DNA of 24,000 bases from Pyrinomonadaceae bacterium. GTDB taxonomy: Bacteria > Acidobacteriota > Blastocatellia > Pyrinomonadales > Pyrinomonadaceae. The notes under the pieces are model-generated. The model worked only from the letters and a program-made list of their open reading frames with translations. It did not search any database and had not been told where the DNA came from. How positions within the stretch are numbered: position 1 is the stretch's first letter; every line of letters begins with the position of its first letter. The stretch covers positions 23,952-47,951 of the forward strand of contig DASVWH010000110.1 in the NCBI GenBank assembly GCA_036389715.1, given 5' to 3'. Both the position numbers and the translations under genes were made by a program. Shown here in pieces: positions 7,741 through 15,799 of the stretch.

Positions 7741-9372
7741 ATGAAGTTCTCTAAACTTGCACAGACCTACGACCGGATTCAGGAGGCGCGCGGCGAGCCG
7801 CAGCGGGTTCAGCTGCTGGCGGAGCTGTTTCGCGGCGCAGATGCGAAGACGTTGGCGGCGTTGGCGCACCTGACGATGGGCGAGCTGGTTGACCCGCAGT
7901 TGTCGGACAGGCTCGGCATCGGCCCCGGCACGATCAGGGGCGCGCTGGCCGTTCTTTCCGGTAAGCCCGAGAGCGTGCTTGACGACGAGGTCAGGCAGAC
8001 GGGCGACATGAGCGAAGTGGTCGCCGCGCACGCGGGCGGCGCTGACCGCCTGACGGTCAATGCGCTCCGGCTGCGCGTTAACCGCGCCGTCAGCCGCGAC
8101 GAAGACAGGCTCCAACTGCTCGCACACATCTTCGCCGAGACGACCGCCGCGGGCGCTAAGTATTTCACGCGGATGGTGCTCAACCAGATGCGTATCGGCG
8201 TCGGCGAGCGTACGCTGACCAGGGCCATCGCCAGGGCTTTCGAGGTTGACGCGGGGGCGGTCGAGCGTCTCTACGCGATGACCAACGACATGGGGCTGGC
8301 CGCCGCCCGCGCCAGGCAGGGCGCACGCGCCCTGGAGCGTGCCGGGCTCGTGCTCTTTCGCCCTTATCAATTTATGAACGCGCACAAGATGGACGACCCG
8401 GCGGAGATATTCGCGCGGCTGGCGGGCAAGCAGATCATCTTCGAGGTCAAGTATGACGGGGCGCGCCTGCAAATTCATCTCAAGGCCGGACGCGAGCCCG
8501 AAGTGAGGCTCTATTCGCGCCGTCTCAACGACGACACGGCGGCCATGCCGGATGTCGTTCGCGCCCTGCGGCAGGCCTGGCAGGGCGGCGACGCCATTCT
8601 GGAAGGCGAAGCGGTCGCCTACGACGCCGAGTTGAAGAAGAAGCAGCCCTTCCAGTCGGTCCTGATGCGCCTCGGGCGCGTCCATGCGATAGCGGAGAAA
8701 GCGCGCGAGATTCCACTTGTCCTGCATCTCTTCGAGCTGCTCTATCACGACGGCGAGGACATGATGAACGTCCCGCAGGCCGAGCGCCGCCGCAGGCTGA
8801 AAACTCTTTTCCGCCCGACCGACCGCGTGAAGATGACCGACGAAGTCGTCTCGGACCGGCGCGCCGACGAAGAGAGATTCTTCAAGCAGGCCGTCAAGTC
8901 CGGGCATGAAGGGCTGGTCGCCAAGGACCCGGATGCGCCGTACCTGCCGGGCAAGCGGACCGACTACTGGATGAAGATCAAGCCCGCGTTTGAGACCCTG
9001 GATGTCGTCGTGGTCGGCGCCATCTGGGGCTCCGGGCGCAGGCGCGGGCTGCTGTCGAGTCTCGTCATCGCCATCCGCGACGAGGACGAGTTCAAGACGG
9101 TCGGCAAGGTCGGGACCGGATTCTCCGAGGAGCTGCTTAGAGAGTTGACCGCGAAGCTCGAACCGCAAATCATCACGGCGCGCGGGCGTAACGTCGAGCT
9201 GGAGCCGGAGATGGTCATCGAGGTTGATTTCCAGGACATTCAAAAGACCCGCGCCTACGAAGCCGGTTACGTGCTGCGCATCCCGCGCTTCAGGCGCGAG
9301 CGCACGGACAAGAGCAGACGCGAGGCCGACACGCTGGCGCGCCTCAAGCGGCTCTACGATCAATCGCATTAA
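7741..9372 (+). CDS. lig: ATP-dependent DNA ligase with long N-terminal (DNA-binding-domain-like) region, adenylation and OB domains
   Basis: Motif I is FEVKYDGARLQIH, placing the lysine near residue 237 of 543. Further motifs follow: EGEAVAYD, HLFELLYHDGED, EGLVAKD and WMKIKP. I chose the ATG at 7741 (MKFSKLAQTY...); the 8 upstream codons in the track ORF are repeat-array translation. Confidence 0.9.
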   Translation: MKFSKLAQTYDRIQEARGEPQRVQLLAELFRGADAKTLAALAHLTMGELVDPQLSDRLGIGPGTIRGALAVLSGKPESVLDDEVRQTGDMSEVVAAHAGGADRLTVNALRLRVNRAVSRDEDRLQLLAHIFAETTAAGAKYFTRMVLNQMRIGVGERTLTRAIARAFEVDAGAVERLYAMTNDMGLAAARARQGARALERAGLVLFRPYQFMNAHKMDDPAEIFARLAGKQIIFEVKYDGARLQIHLKAGREPEVRLYSRRLNDDTAAMPDVVRALRQAWQGGDAILEGEAVAYDAELKKKQPFQSVLMRLGRVHAIAEKAREIPLVLHLFELLYHDGEDMMNVPQAERRRRLKTLFRPTDRVKMTDEVVSDRRADEERFFKQAVKSGHEGLVAKDPDAPYLPGKRTDYWMKIKPAFETLDVVVVGAIWGSGRRRGLLSSLVIAIRDEDEFKTVGKVGTGFSEELLRELTAKLEPQIITARGRNVELEPEMVIEVDFQDIQKTRAYEAGYVLRIPRFRRERTDKSRREADTLARLKRLYDQSH

Positions 9373-9507
9373 TGGAAGCGGAGGCGGGCCGCAAGTGATC
9401 CTCTTTCAATTCGGGCTGACGGCTTTAAGCATCAAGGGGTGGGCTTCGGTGGGAAGGCTTTGCGAGAGCGCGCCTTCCCTTCCTCCTCGGAAGAAAGGAA
9501 ACACCTG

Positions 9508-9966
9508 ATGAGAGCAAGTATCGGAAGAAAAGCCGGACTCTTTTTAGCCAGCCTGGTCCTGATGGGCCTCGCCGCCGACACAGTTTCGATGGCACGGCCT
9601 CCGCTGCCCAATCCCGTCCTGGTCTTCGTCGGGCAGGAGTTCTATTCGGCCAGCGGCAAGCAGTGGACGCGCTACAGGTACACGGTCGAGAACCTGGCCG
9701 TCTACCCGAACGAGCTTTTCGCGGCCGCGCCCAACCTCCCGCCCTGCGGGCAGAACACGAAGTCCGCGCGCACCTGGGTGGACATCTACGACCAGAACGG
9801 AAAACGGCTCTACGGATTCTGCGCCCTCGGAAATCACGACGGTCTGGGTAAACTCTGGTTCGCGCTGGAGAGCAATGCAATTCCTCCGAGCTATGTCTAT
9901 ATCGAGTTGAATGACAGGCAGACGGCGACCAAGTATAAGTCCAACCTGGCCGAGACTACGCAATAG
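9508..9966 (+). CDS. Secreted hypothetical protein
   Basis: I chose the internal ATG at 9508, which follows AAAGGAA. The product MRASIGRKAGLFLASLVLMGLAADTVSMA has a signal-peptide-like N-terminus. The family is not recognised. Confidence 0.55.
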   Translation: MRASIGRKAGLFLASLVLMGLAADTVSMARPPLPNPVLVFVGQEFYSASGKQWTRYRYTVENLAVYPNELFAAAPNLPPCGQNTKSARTWVDIYDQNGKRLYGFCALGNHDGLGKLWFALESNAIPPSYVYIELNDRQTATKYKSNLAETTQ

Positions 9967-10159
9967 GCTGCACGGTATCAGGCAAGGCTTCGGACCCTCT
10001 CGCGCGCAGAGGACCGCGCCGCGCATCTCTTCGCCGCCGGGTATCTCGCCGCCGGGCATCCGGGCCGTTTGCCTGCATTGATATTTCTCCGCGCAGACAT
10101 TGAACGGGTGGACGCGGGCCGAGGGCCGGGCTCCGACGCCGGATATTGACGAGGCAGTG

Positions 10160-10519
10160 ATGAGTCCAGAGGACGCGGCGGCGCTGATTATTTCCGAAGC
10201 AGGGACGAGCCGGGACGGCTTGCTGCCGGTTGTCCGCAACGGCCAGGACCCCGGCGAGGAGAGAATGCGCCGCCTCATCTCGGCCCTCTGGACCGTATAC
10301 CATTCGCTGGTCGGCCGGACGGAGCTGGACCGGAATCTGGCCGCCGCGCTCTTCACGCTCGGCTCGGATGTGCCGTTGACGATCAGCGCCCTGGCGAGCA
10401 AAGGCGTGAGCTGGCGCAGGGGGTTCATGGAGACGGAGGTCTACGAGCTACTGATGGCCGTGCAGAGCATCTTCGAGGATAGATGGCTGGAGACGGAGCC
10501 GACCGAGACGATTCATTGA
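10160..10519 (+). CDS. Hypothetical protein (119 aa)
   Basis: ORF with a GAGG 5 nt upstream of the ATG at 10160. Its composition is normal (not Arg/Pro-skewed), unlike the overlapping antisense ORF. The family is not recognised. Confidence 0.45.
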   Translation: MSPEDAAALIISEAGTSRDGLLPVVRNGQDPGEERMRRLISALWTVYHSLVGRTELDRNLAAALFTLGSDVPLTISALASKGVSWRRGFMETEVYELLMAVQSIFEDRWLETEPTETIH

Positions 10520-10566
10520 AGCCGTGCAGGCGCGACGAGGGACGAAGACGGACCAGGGAGGCGAGA

Positions 10567-11280
10567 GTGGTGAGCAGTAAAAAGCTCGGGGGCGGGCGCT
10601 CCGATTCGAGCGCAGGGGTGTCGGCGGGTGCGGCGCGCTGCCGCCGAAAATTTCTACGGTACTTCCCGGGCGGTTTCCGCGACGCGACTTACCTCGACTG
10701 GGAGCGAGATTATAAGTGGGAGACGCACGAGCGTTGGGAGGAGCAGTTGAACCGGGACGAGTTCCGGCGGCTGCTGGGGCGGGGCGAGTTTGCGGAGATT
10801 GCCGGGCGCGCCGTGCGCATCGAGCAGCGTTCGCGGCACAGCATGCTCTTCTCCTTCGAGAAGATGGCGCTGCGCGATGCGGTCAAGCTGCCGGAGGGCG
10901 CGCGCGCCTTTGCGGAGGGGCTCTACGCGCTGCTTCACGGCGAGGGCGCGGTCGAGGAGAGATTCGAGCGGTGGTGTGAGACCGTTGATGCTCTGCCGCG
11001 CAGGCAAACGCGTGTGCTGACGTGGCCGCTCGTCACCGTCTTCGGGTTCATCGCGCAGCCGGAGACGCACATTTTTCTCAAGCCGAACGTCACACGCACG
11101 GCGGCGCGCCGCTACGGCTTCGAGCTGCCGTACAGGTCCAGGCCGTCCTGGGAGATTTACGCCGGGCTGCTCGAATTCGCCGCCGTCATCGGCCGGGATC
11201 AACGCGGCCTCGGCCCGCGCGACATGATAGACATCCAATCTTTCATCTGGGTTCAGGGCTCTGACGAGTATCCTGAATAA
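10567..11280 (+). CDS. Conserved-looking hypothetical protein (about 237 aa)
   Basis: The composition is well balanced and aromatic-rich (FLRYFPGGFRDATYLDWERDYKWETHERWEEQL...TWPLVTVFGFIAQPETHIFLKPN...MIDIQSFIWVQGSDEY). A GGGAGG SD at 10556-10561 favours GTG at 10567 or 10570 over the track ATG at 10483, which overlaps the previous gene. Confidence 0.6.
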   Translation: MVSSKKLGGGRSDSSAGVSAGAARCRRKFLRYFPGGFRDATYLDWERDYKWETHERWEEQLNRDEFRRLLGRGEFAEIAGRAVRIEQRSRHSMLFSFEKMALRDAVKLPEGARAFAEGLYALLHGEGAVEERFERWCETVDALPRRQTRVLTWPLVTVFGFIAQPETHIFLKPNVTRTAARRYGFELPYRSRPSWEIYAGLLEFAAVIGRDQRGLGPRDMIDIQSFIWVQGSDEYPE

Positions 11281-11345
11281 GGGCCGAGTACACGGCCGGA
11301 ATCTCCGGCCTTGAAACATTCTCAAAGATTTCGGGAGCGTCCGAC

Positions 11346-11864
11346 ATGCGGAAAGTTATCTTCGGAGTTGCCAACAGTCTCGACAATTACATCGCGCGCG
11401 AGGACCACGCGGTTGACTGGCTGCTGTGGAGCGATGAGGTGTTTGCCTTCATGAAGGATTTCTGGAAGACGATTGACACGGTCGTGATGGGGCGTAAGAC
11501 CTACGAAGTCTCGCTCAAGCTCGGCGGGGGCTCATACCCGGGCGCTACGACTTACGTCTGCTCGCGGACGATGAAGGAGAGCCCCGAAGCGAAGGTCCGG
11601 CTCATCGCGGATGCGGAAGGGTTCATCCGCGATTTGAAGCAGGGCGAGGGCAAAGGCATCTGCGTGATGGGCGGCGGCGAGCTGGCGAAATCGCTGCTGG
11701 AGGCCGACCTGATTGACGAGATAGGCATGAACATTCACCCGGTGCTGCTCGGCTCGGGCATCCCGCTCTTCCACGAGATGAATCGCCAGCTTAATTTGGA
11801 GCTGCTCGAATGCAAGACCTTCAAGACCGGGTGTGTGCTGGTCACGTATGGCGTCAGGCATTAG
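11346..11864 (+). CDS. Dihydrofolate reductase family protein (RibD C-terminal domain type)
   Basis: MRKVIFGVANSLDNYIAREDHAVDWL...TVVMGRKTYE...ICVMGGGELAKSLLEADLIDEIGMNIHPVLLGSGIPLF is the typical RibD_C/YyaP-like pattern. Confidence 0.8.
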   Translation: MRKVIFGVANSLDNYIAREDHAVDWLLWSDEVFAFMKDFWKTIDTVVMGRKTYEVSLKLGGGSYPGATTYVCSRTMKESPEAKVRLIADAEGFIRDLKQGEGKGICVMGGGELAKSLLEADLIDEIGMNIHPVLLGSGIPLFHEMNRQLNLELLECKTFKTGCVLVTYGVRH

Positions 11865-11956
11865 AGCCCGCGCCCGTTTCCGCGAGAGCAGGCAGTAGCG
11901 CGGGCTCTTGCGGGCAAAGCCTTGAAAGACGACGGCAGGGAGCGCGAGTGTAGATG

Positions 11957-12002
11957 AAAGAACCCTGGCCGCCCTTTAACTAAGGGGCGGCCAGGGTTCT
12001 TT
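11957..12002. terminator. Bidirectional intrinsic terminator hairpin between convergent genes
   Basis: An 18-bp perfect stem (AAAGAACCCTGGCCGCCC / GGGCGGCCAGGGTTCTTT) encloses a 10-nt loop. A/T runs at both ends give a U-tract on either strand. Confidence 0.75.
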
Positions 12003-12024
12003 AGTCCGACGCTTCGTGCGCGCC

Positions 12025-13323
12025 TTATTTGAGGTCGGCGAGCGCCAGCGATGCGCCGATGAACCAGTCCCCGGCGACCGGGGCAGCCTTGGATTTGCCG
12101 CGCGGCTGAAGAATGCGATTTAAGGCCGCGAGCGCGGGCGGAGCGAGCGCATCGGGAGCCTGCGGCTCCGGGCGGCTCCGGTTAAAGGTGATGAGGCTGT
12201 CGAGCGAGCCGTAGATTTGCAGGTACATCTGCGTTTCCGTCGGAATCAGTGTCCGCCAGCCAGGGCCGCCCCGGCGCAGGTAGAGCGGCAGGCGCGCGGG
12301 GTTCGAGTTGTACCCGGCGGCGAGCAGCTCGGGCTGCGTGGCGATGCCCGAGCGCAGCGCGTCCTGTACGTCCTGGCTGCGGGCCAGCGTGTCCCAGGTG
12401 TCCTGCATGTAGAGCAGCATGGCCGAGAGCGCGTTGGCATGGTCGCTCATCCCCTCTACAAAATCGGGATTAAGCTCGACCTCCGGGTGCAGCCTCCTGA
12501 CCATCTCATAAGTAGAGGGAATCATCTGCACCATCCCGCCCGCGCCCGCGACGCTGACGGAATAGCGGTAGGTGTCGCCCGCGTTGAGCGCGTAGAGCGA
12601 GAGAATCTCTTCGAAGAGCGCCGAGCGATTCTCGGCTCGGAAGCGCCCGTGATCCGCGTGCTCGACGATGCAGAGATGCTCGGCCACGTCCACGATTTCG
12701 GGCGCGATGTTGATGCCCTCGACCCGCAGCCGCCGGGCCACCTCTTCGAGCATCCTGCGCACGTAAGTCTTGCCATCCGCGACGACCTCCTGCGAGAGAA
12801 TCGCAGGGTGCGCGGAGGTGTAATAGGCCAGCTTGCCGCTGCGCACCGGGTACTCTACCGCGAGCGGCACGAGGGAGCGGCCCGTGGCTTCATCCGTGAC
12901 CGTGACGGCAGTATTGACGCCGTTGGCGCGCACGATCTTCAGCCGCGCGCCGTGGCCGAGCGAGGTAGTCAGGCTCGTCTCAGCGCCCCTGGTCGAAAAA
13001 AGCTCCTTGGAGACGGGCAGCAGGTGTATCTGCGAAGTCGCCGGGTCGAGCGCGGCGAGCGTCACGAAATCGGACGAGGCGACGGTCGTGTGAGCCTTCA
13101 GGAGCCGCTTGGCGCTGGCTATCCGCTCGGCGGTCTGGACCATCGTCAGCGCGCCCGTGACCGACTGCGCATTAGCGAGTGCGGCCTGCGCGGCGACACC
13201 CTCTTTTTGCGAGAGCGACTGCTCTTTGGTCGTGGAAAGGTTCGTTGATTGCGCGAGCGCGAGCGGGGCTGCGAGCGCAAACAGAAGGATCAGCAAGGGG
13301 AACGATGCGCGTATTCTCATCAT
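12025..13323 (-). CDS. Secreted protein with probable lytic transglycosylase (SLT-like) domain
   Basis: The signal peptide is MMRIRASFPLLILLFALAAPLALAQS. The segment SVAGAGGMVQMIPSTYEMV resembles the SLT S-x-AGA-x-GLMQ-x-MP-x-T motif. The call rests on this motif only. Confidence 0.6.
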   Translation of the reverse strand: MMRIRASFPLLILLFALAAPLALAQSTNLSTTKEQSLSQKEGVAAQAALANAQSVTGALTMVQTAERIASAKRLLKAHTTVASSDFVTLAALDPATSQIHLLPVSKELFSTRGAETSLTTSLGHGARLKIVRANGVNTAVTVTDEATGRSLVPLAVEYPVRSGKLAYYTSAHPAILSQEVVADGKTYVRRMLEEVARRLRVEGINIAPEIVDVAEHLCIVEHADHGRFRAENRSALFEEILSLYALNAGDTYRYSVSVAGAGGMVQMIPSTYEMVRRLHPEVELNPDFVEGMSDHANALSAMLLYMQDTWDTLARSQDVQDALRSGIATQPELLAAGYNSNPARLPLYLRRGGPGWRTLIPTETQMYLQIYGSLDSLITFNRSRPEPQAPDALAPPALAALNRILQPRGKSKAAPVAGDWFIGASLALADLK

Positions 13324-13604
13324 GGGGTTTTACTTCGCCGGTCGGTTGAGAAATACGGGGGTTATCTAATAGATGCGTAGCGGAAAACGCGGGTTGTCGA
13401 GGTCAGCCGCCCGCGACGAAAATAATCGCGTGCCGGGGCGGAAGCCGCGCGAGCGAGGGGGCGGAATCCGGCCCGCAAAAACGCGGGGCGCGAAGATAAA
13501 GGGCTTTTAAAGCAGGGTGCGAGGCAGGGCGCGAGGACGAGGGACTTTTTCAGCTCCGCTCGCTGGTCAGGGTGAATCTCTCCGAAGGCTTCATTGTTAC
13601 GGCT

Positions 13605-14672
13605 TTATTCCTCGCCGCCCAGCCTCTCCTCCAACTCCTTTAAACGGCGGCGCAGGTCCTTCAGCTCGTCGCGCATCAACGGGACGCGCGCGAGGTGCGC
13701 GCTCAGCCGCTTGTACTGTTCGAGGGGCTGGACGGGGACGCCCCACCAGACGCCCGCGCGCACGATCTTGCCCGGCAGGATTCCGGCCTTTGAGCCGATA
13801 ACGGCCCCGCTCATCACGCGCGCATGGTCGCCGAGCCCGACCTGCCCGCCGATCACCACGTCGTCTTCGATGACCGTGCTGCCGCTAATGCCCGTCTGCG
13901 CAGCCACGACAACGCGCTCGCCGATCTCTACGTTGTGCGCGATCTGCACCAGGTTATCAATCTTGGTCGCGCGCCCGATGCGAGTCGGCCCGAGCGCCCC
14001 GCGGTCAATGCACGTGCCAGCGCCCACTTCCACGTCGTCCTCGATGAGCACCGTGCCGAGCTGCGGGAACTTATGGCGGACGTTCCGTTCGTCCGGGACA
14101 TAGCCGAAGCCGTCCGCGCCGACCACTACGCCTGCGTGAAGAATCACCCGGTCTCCCAGGCTGACGCCGTCGTACAGGACGACGTGCGGGTGCAGCACGC
14201 AGTCGCGGCCGATGCGCACGCCCTGGCCGATGACTACGCCCGCGTGAACCTGCGTGCCGGGGCCGAGGCTCGAACGCGCGCCCACTTCGACCCGCGCGCC
14301 GATGTAGGCGCTCTCGTCCACCTGCGCGCTCTGGTCCACCTGTGCCGTCGGGTGAATCGCGGGCGCGCGCCGCACGGGCGGATGCAGCACTTCCGCTATC
14401 AGCGCGAAGGCCAGCTTCGGCCGCGCCACTTTAATCAGGCATGGGCCTCCCGTTTGCTCTTCCGGCGCGCCCTGCGGCACGATGAGGCACGAAGCGCGGC
14501 CCGCGCCCGCCTTCGGCAGGAGCTTTAAATCCTCTATGAAGGCGACTTCGCCCGGCCCCGCGCTCTCAATCCCGGCAACACTCTTAATCGGAGTGGAGTC
14601 GTCGCCGACGGTGCGCCCGCCGACGTGCGCCGCCAGTTCCGCGACCGTTTTTTCGTTCATCTCTCTGCTCAT
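13605..14672 (-). CDS. lpxD: UDP-3-O-acylglucosamine N-acyltransferase
   Basis: An LpxD N-terminal domain (VAELAAHVGGRTVGDD...IKSVAGIESAGPGEVAFIED) is followed by hexapeptide repeats. The diagnostic stretch GADGFGY...KFPQLGTVLIEDDVEVGAGTCIDRGALGPTRIGRATKIDNLVQIAHNVEIG is present. Confidence 0.9.
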   Translation of the reverse strand: MSREMNEKTVAELAAHVGGRTVGDDSTPIKSVAGIESAGPGEVAFIEDLKLLPKAGAGRASCLIVPQGAPEEQTGGPCLIKVARPKLAFALIAEVLHPPVRRAPAIHPTAQVDQSAQVDESAYIGARVEVGARSSLGPGTQVHAGVVIGQGVRIGRDCVLHPHVVLYDGVSLGDRVILHAGVVVGADGFGYVPDERNVRHKFPQLGTVLIEDDVEVGAGTCIDRGALGPTRIGRATKIDNLVQIAHNVEIGERVVVAAQTGISGSTVIEDDVVIGGQVGLGDHARVMSGAVIGSKAGILPGKIVRAGVWWGVPVQPLEQYKRLSAHLARVPLMRDELKDLRRRLKELEERLGGEE

Positions 14673-14716
14673 CTCTCTCCTGGTTATAGCGCCGGGCTGC
14701 GGCCGAAAAGCGTCGG

Positions 14717-15541
14717 CTAAACGGGGAGCGGAGCCTGGTCTTGCGGGCGCTCGCCTCTTCTGCGCTCGCGCGGGAAGCCGCGTTTGGAGCCGCGTATGAA
14801 ATTGACCAGATGCTCGACGTTCGGGTCCGGCGCTTCCTGCGTCAAGAGGCCGAGCGCCTCTGCCAGCGGCAGGCCGGAGCGAAACAGCAAATGGTAAGCA
14901 CGCTTGAGCGCGCGCCGCTCGTCGGCCCCGAATCCGGCCCGCCTCAATCCGACCGTGTTGAGGCCGCGAACGCGCGGCGGATTCCCGTCCGTCGTCAGGA
15001 ACGGCAGCACGTCCTGCACTATCTTCGACTTACCGCCGACCATCGCGTAGCGCCCGATGCGGACGAACTGGTGCGCGCCGACGTTGGAAGAGAGAAAAAC
15101 GTGGTCCTCGACCAGGATGTGCCCGGCCAGCGCCACGCCGTTGGCAAAGATGTTATCGTCGCCGACCAGGCAGTTGTGCGCCAGGTGAACGCCGATCATC
15201 AGGAAGTTGCGCGAGCCAAGGCGCGTCTCCTGCCCCTCGCCGCTGGCCCTGTGCAGCGTTGCGCCCTCGCGAATCAGGTTCTCGTCACCGATGACCAGGC
15301 GGCTGTGCTCGCCCCTGAACTTAACGTCCTGCGGCAGGCCGCCCAGCACCACGTGCTCCGCGACGCGGTTGCCCCGCCCGAGGCTCGTAAAACGCTTGAT
15401 GACCGTGTGCGACGCGATCTCGCAGCCTTCGCCGATGACCACGTCCTCTTCGATGACAACGTATGGCCCGATGCGCACATCTGATGCAATCCGGGCGCGC
15501 GGGCTGATGATGGCCGTCGAATCAATGCTCATACCGGACAT
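14717..15541 (-). CDS. lpxA: Acyl-ACP--UDP-N-acetylglucosamine O-acyltransferase
   Basis: Diagnostic LpxA motifs are present: IGPYVVIEEDVVIG...LGGLPQDVKFRGE.S.LVIGDENLIREGATLHR...HLAHNCLVGD....ANGVALAGHILVEDHVFLSS....HQFVRIGRYAMVGG.SKIVQDVLPF...GLNTVGLRRAGF. Confidence 0.9.
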   Translation of the reverse strand: MSGMSIDSTAIISPRARIASDVRIGPYVVIEEDVVIGEGCEIASHTVIKRFTSLGRGNRVAEHVVLGGLPQDVKFRGEHSRLVIGDENLIREGATLHRASGEGQETRLGSRNFLMIGVHLAHNCLVGDDNIFANGVALAGHILVEDHVFLSSNVGAHQFVRIGRYAMVGGKSKIVQDVLPFLTTDGNPPRVRGLNTVGLRRAGFGADERRALKRAYHLLFRSGLPLAEALGLLTQEAPDPNVEHLVNFIRGSKRGFPRERRRGERPQDQAPLPV

Positions 15542-15543
15542 CG

Positions 15544-15571
15544 TAAATGGTAAAGAGTAAATAGTGAATAG
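15544..15571. repeat. Heptanucleotide tandem array C, 2 nt upstream of the lpxA start codon
   Basis: Read directly: TAAATGG TAAAGAG TAAATAG TGAATAG. These are the same unit type and the same orientation relative to the adjacent gene as arrays A and B. Confidence 0.85.
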
Positions 15572-15722
15572 AGGAAGCGCCGAAAGCCTTCTCTCATTTC
15601 GATTTACGGCGCATCCGGCGGCCGCTTTAGTGCTTGCCTTTACCCGGTCGAGCCTCTATTATGTCACGTTGCATTTGCTTTGTGCGGCCCGCCGTGTGCG
15701 GGGCAACAATCATTGAAATCAA

Positions 15723-15744
15723 TACTTTAGCTTTACTTTAGCTT
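15723..15744. repeat. Perfect 11-nt tandem duplication TACTTTAGCTT x2 in the lpxA / radical SAM divergent intergenic region
   Basis: Read directly. It sits in an AT-rich patch about 55 nt upstream of the TTG start at 15800. Confidence 0.85.
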
Positions 15745-15799
15745 TAATCACAGGGACGCCCGGCGCTTTTCGGGAGCCTCCCTTCTAGGAGAATCAGTC

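Noticed and set aside
7738-9369. 543-aa ORF on the minus strand exactly mirroring the DNA ligase gene
   Set aside because: This is a typical antisense shadow ORF of a GC-rich gene. The product is Arg/Leu/Pro/Ala-skewed with no recognisable motifs, whereas the plus-strand product has full ligase motifs.
9544-10428. 294-aa minus-strand ORF spanning two plus-strand hypothetical genes and their intergenic gap
   Set aside because: The composition is Arg/Ser/Pro-rich and there is no SD. The plus-strand ORFs have a signal peptide or balanced composition and SD-like sites. Confidence in this region is still only moderate.
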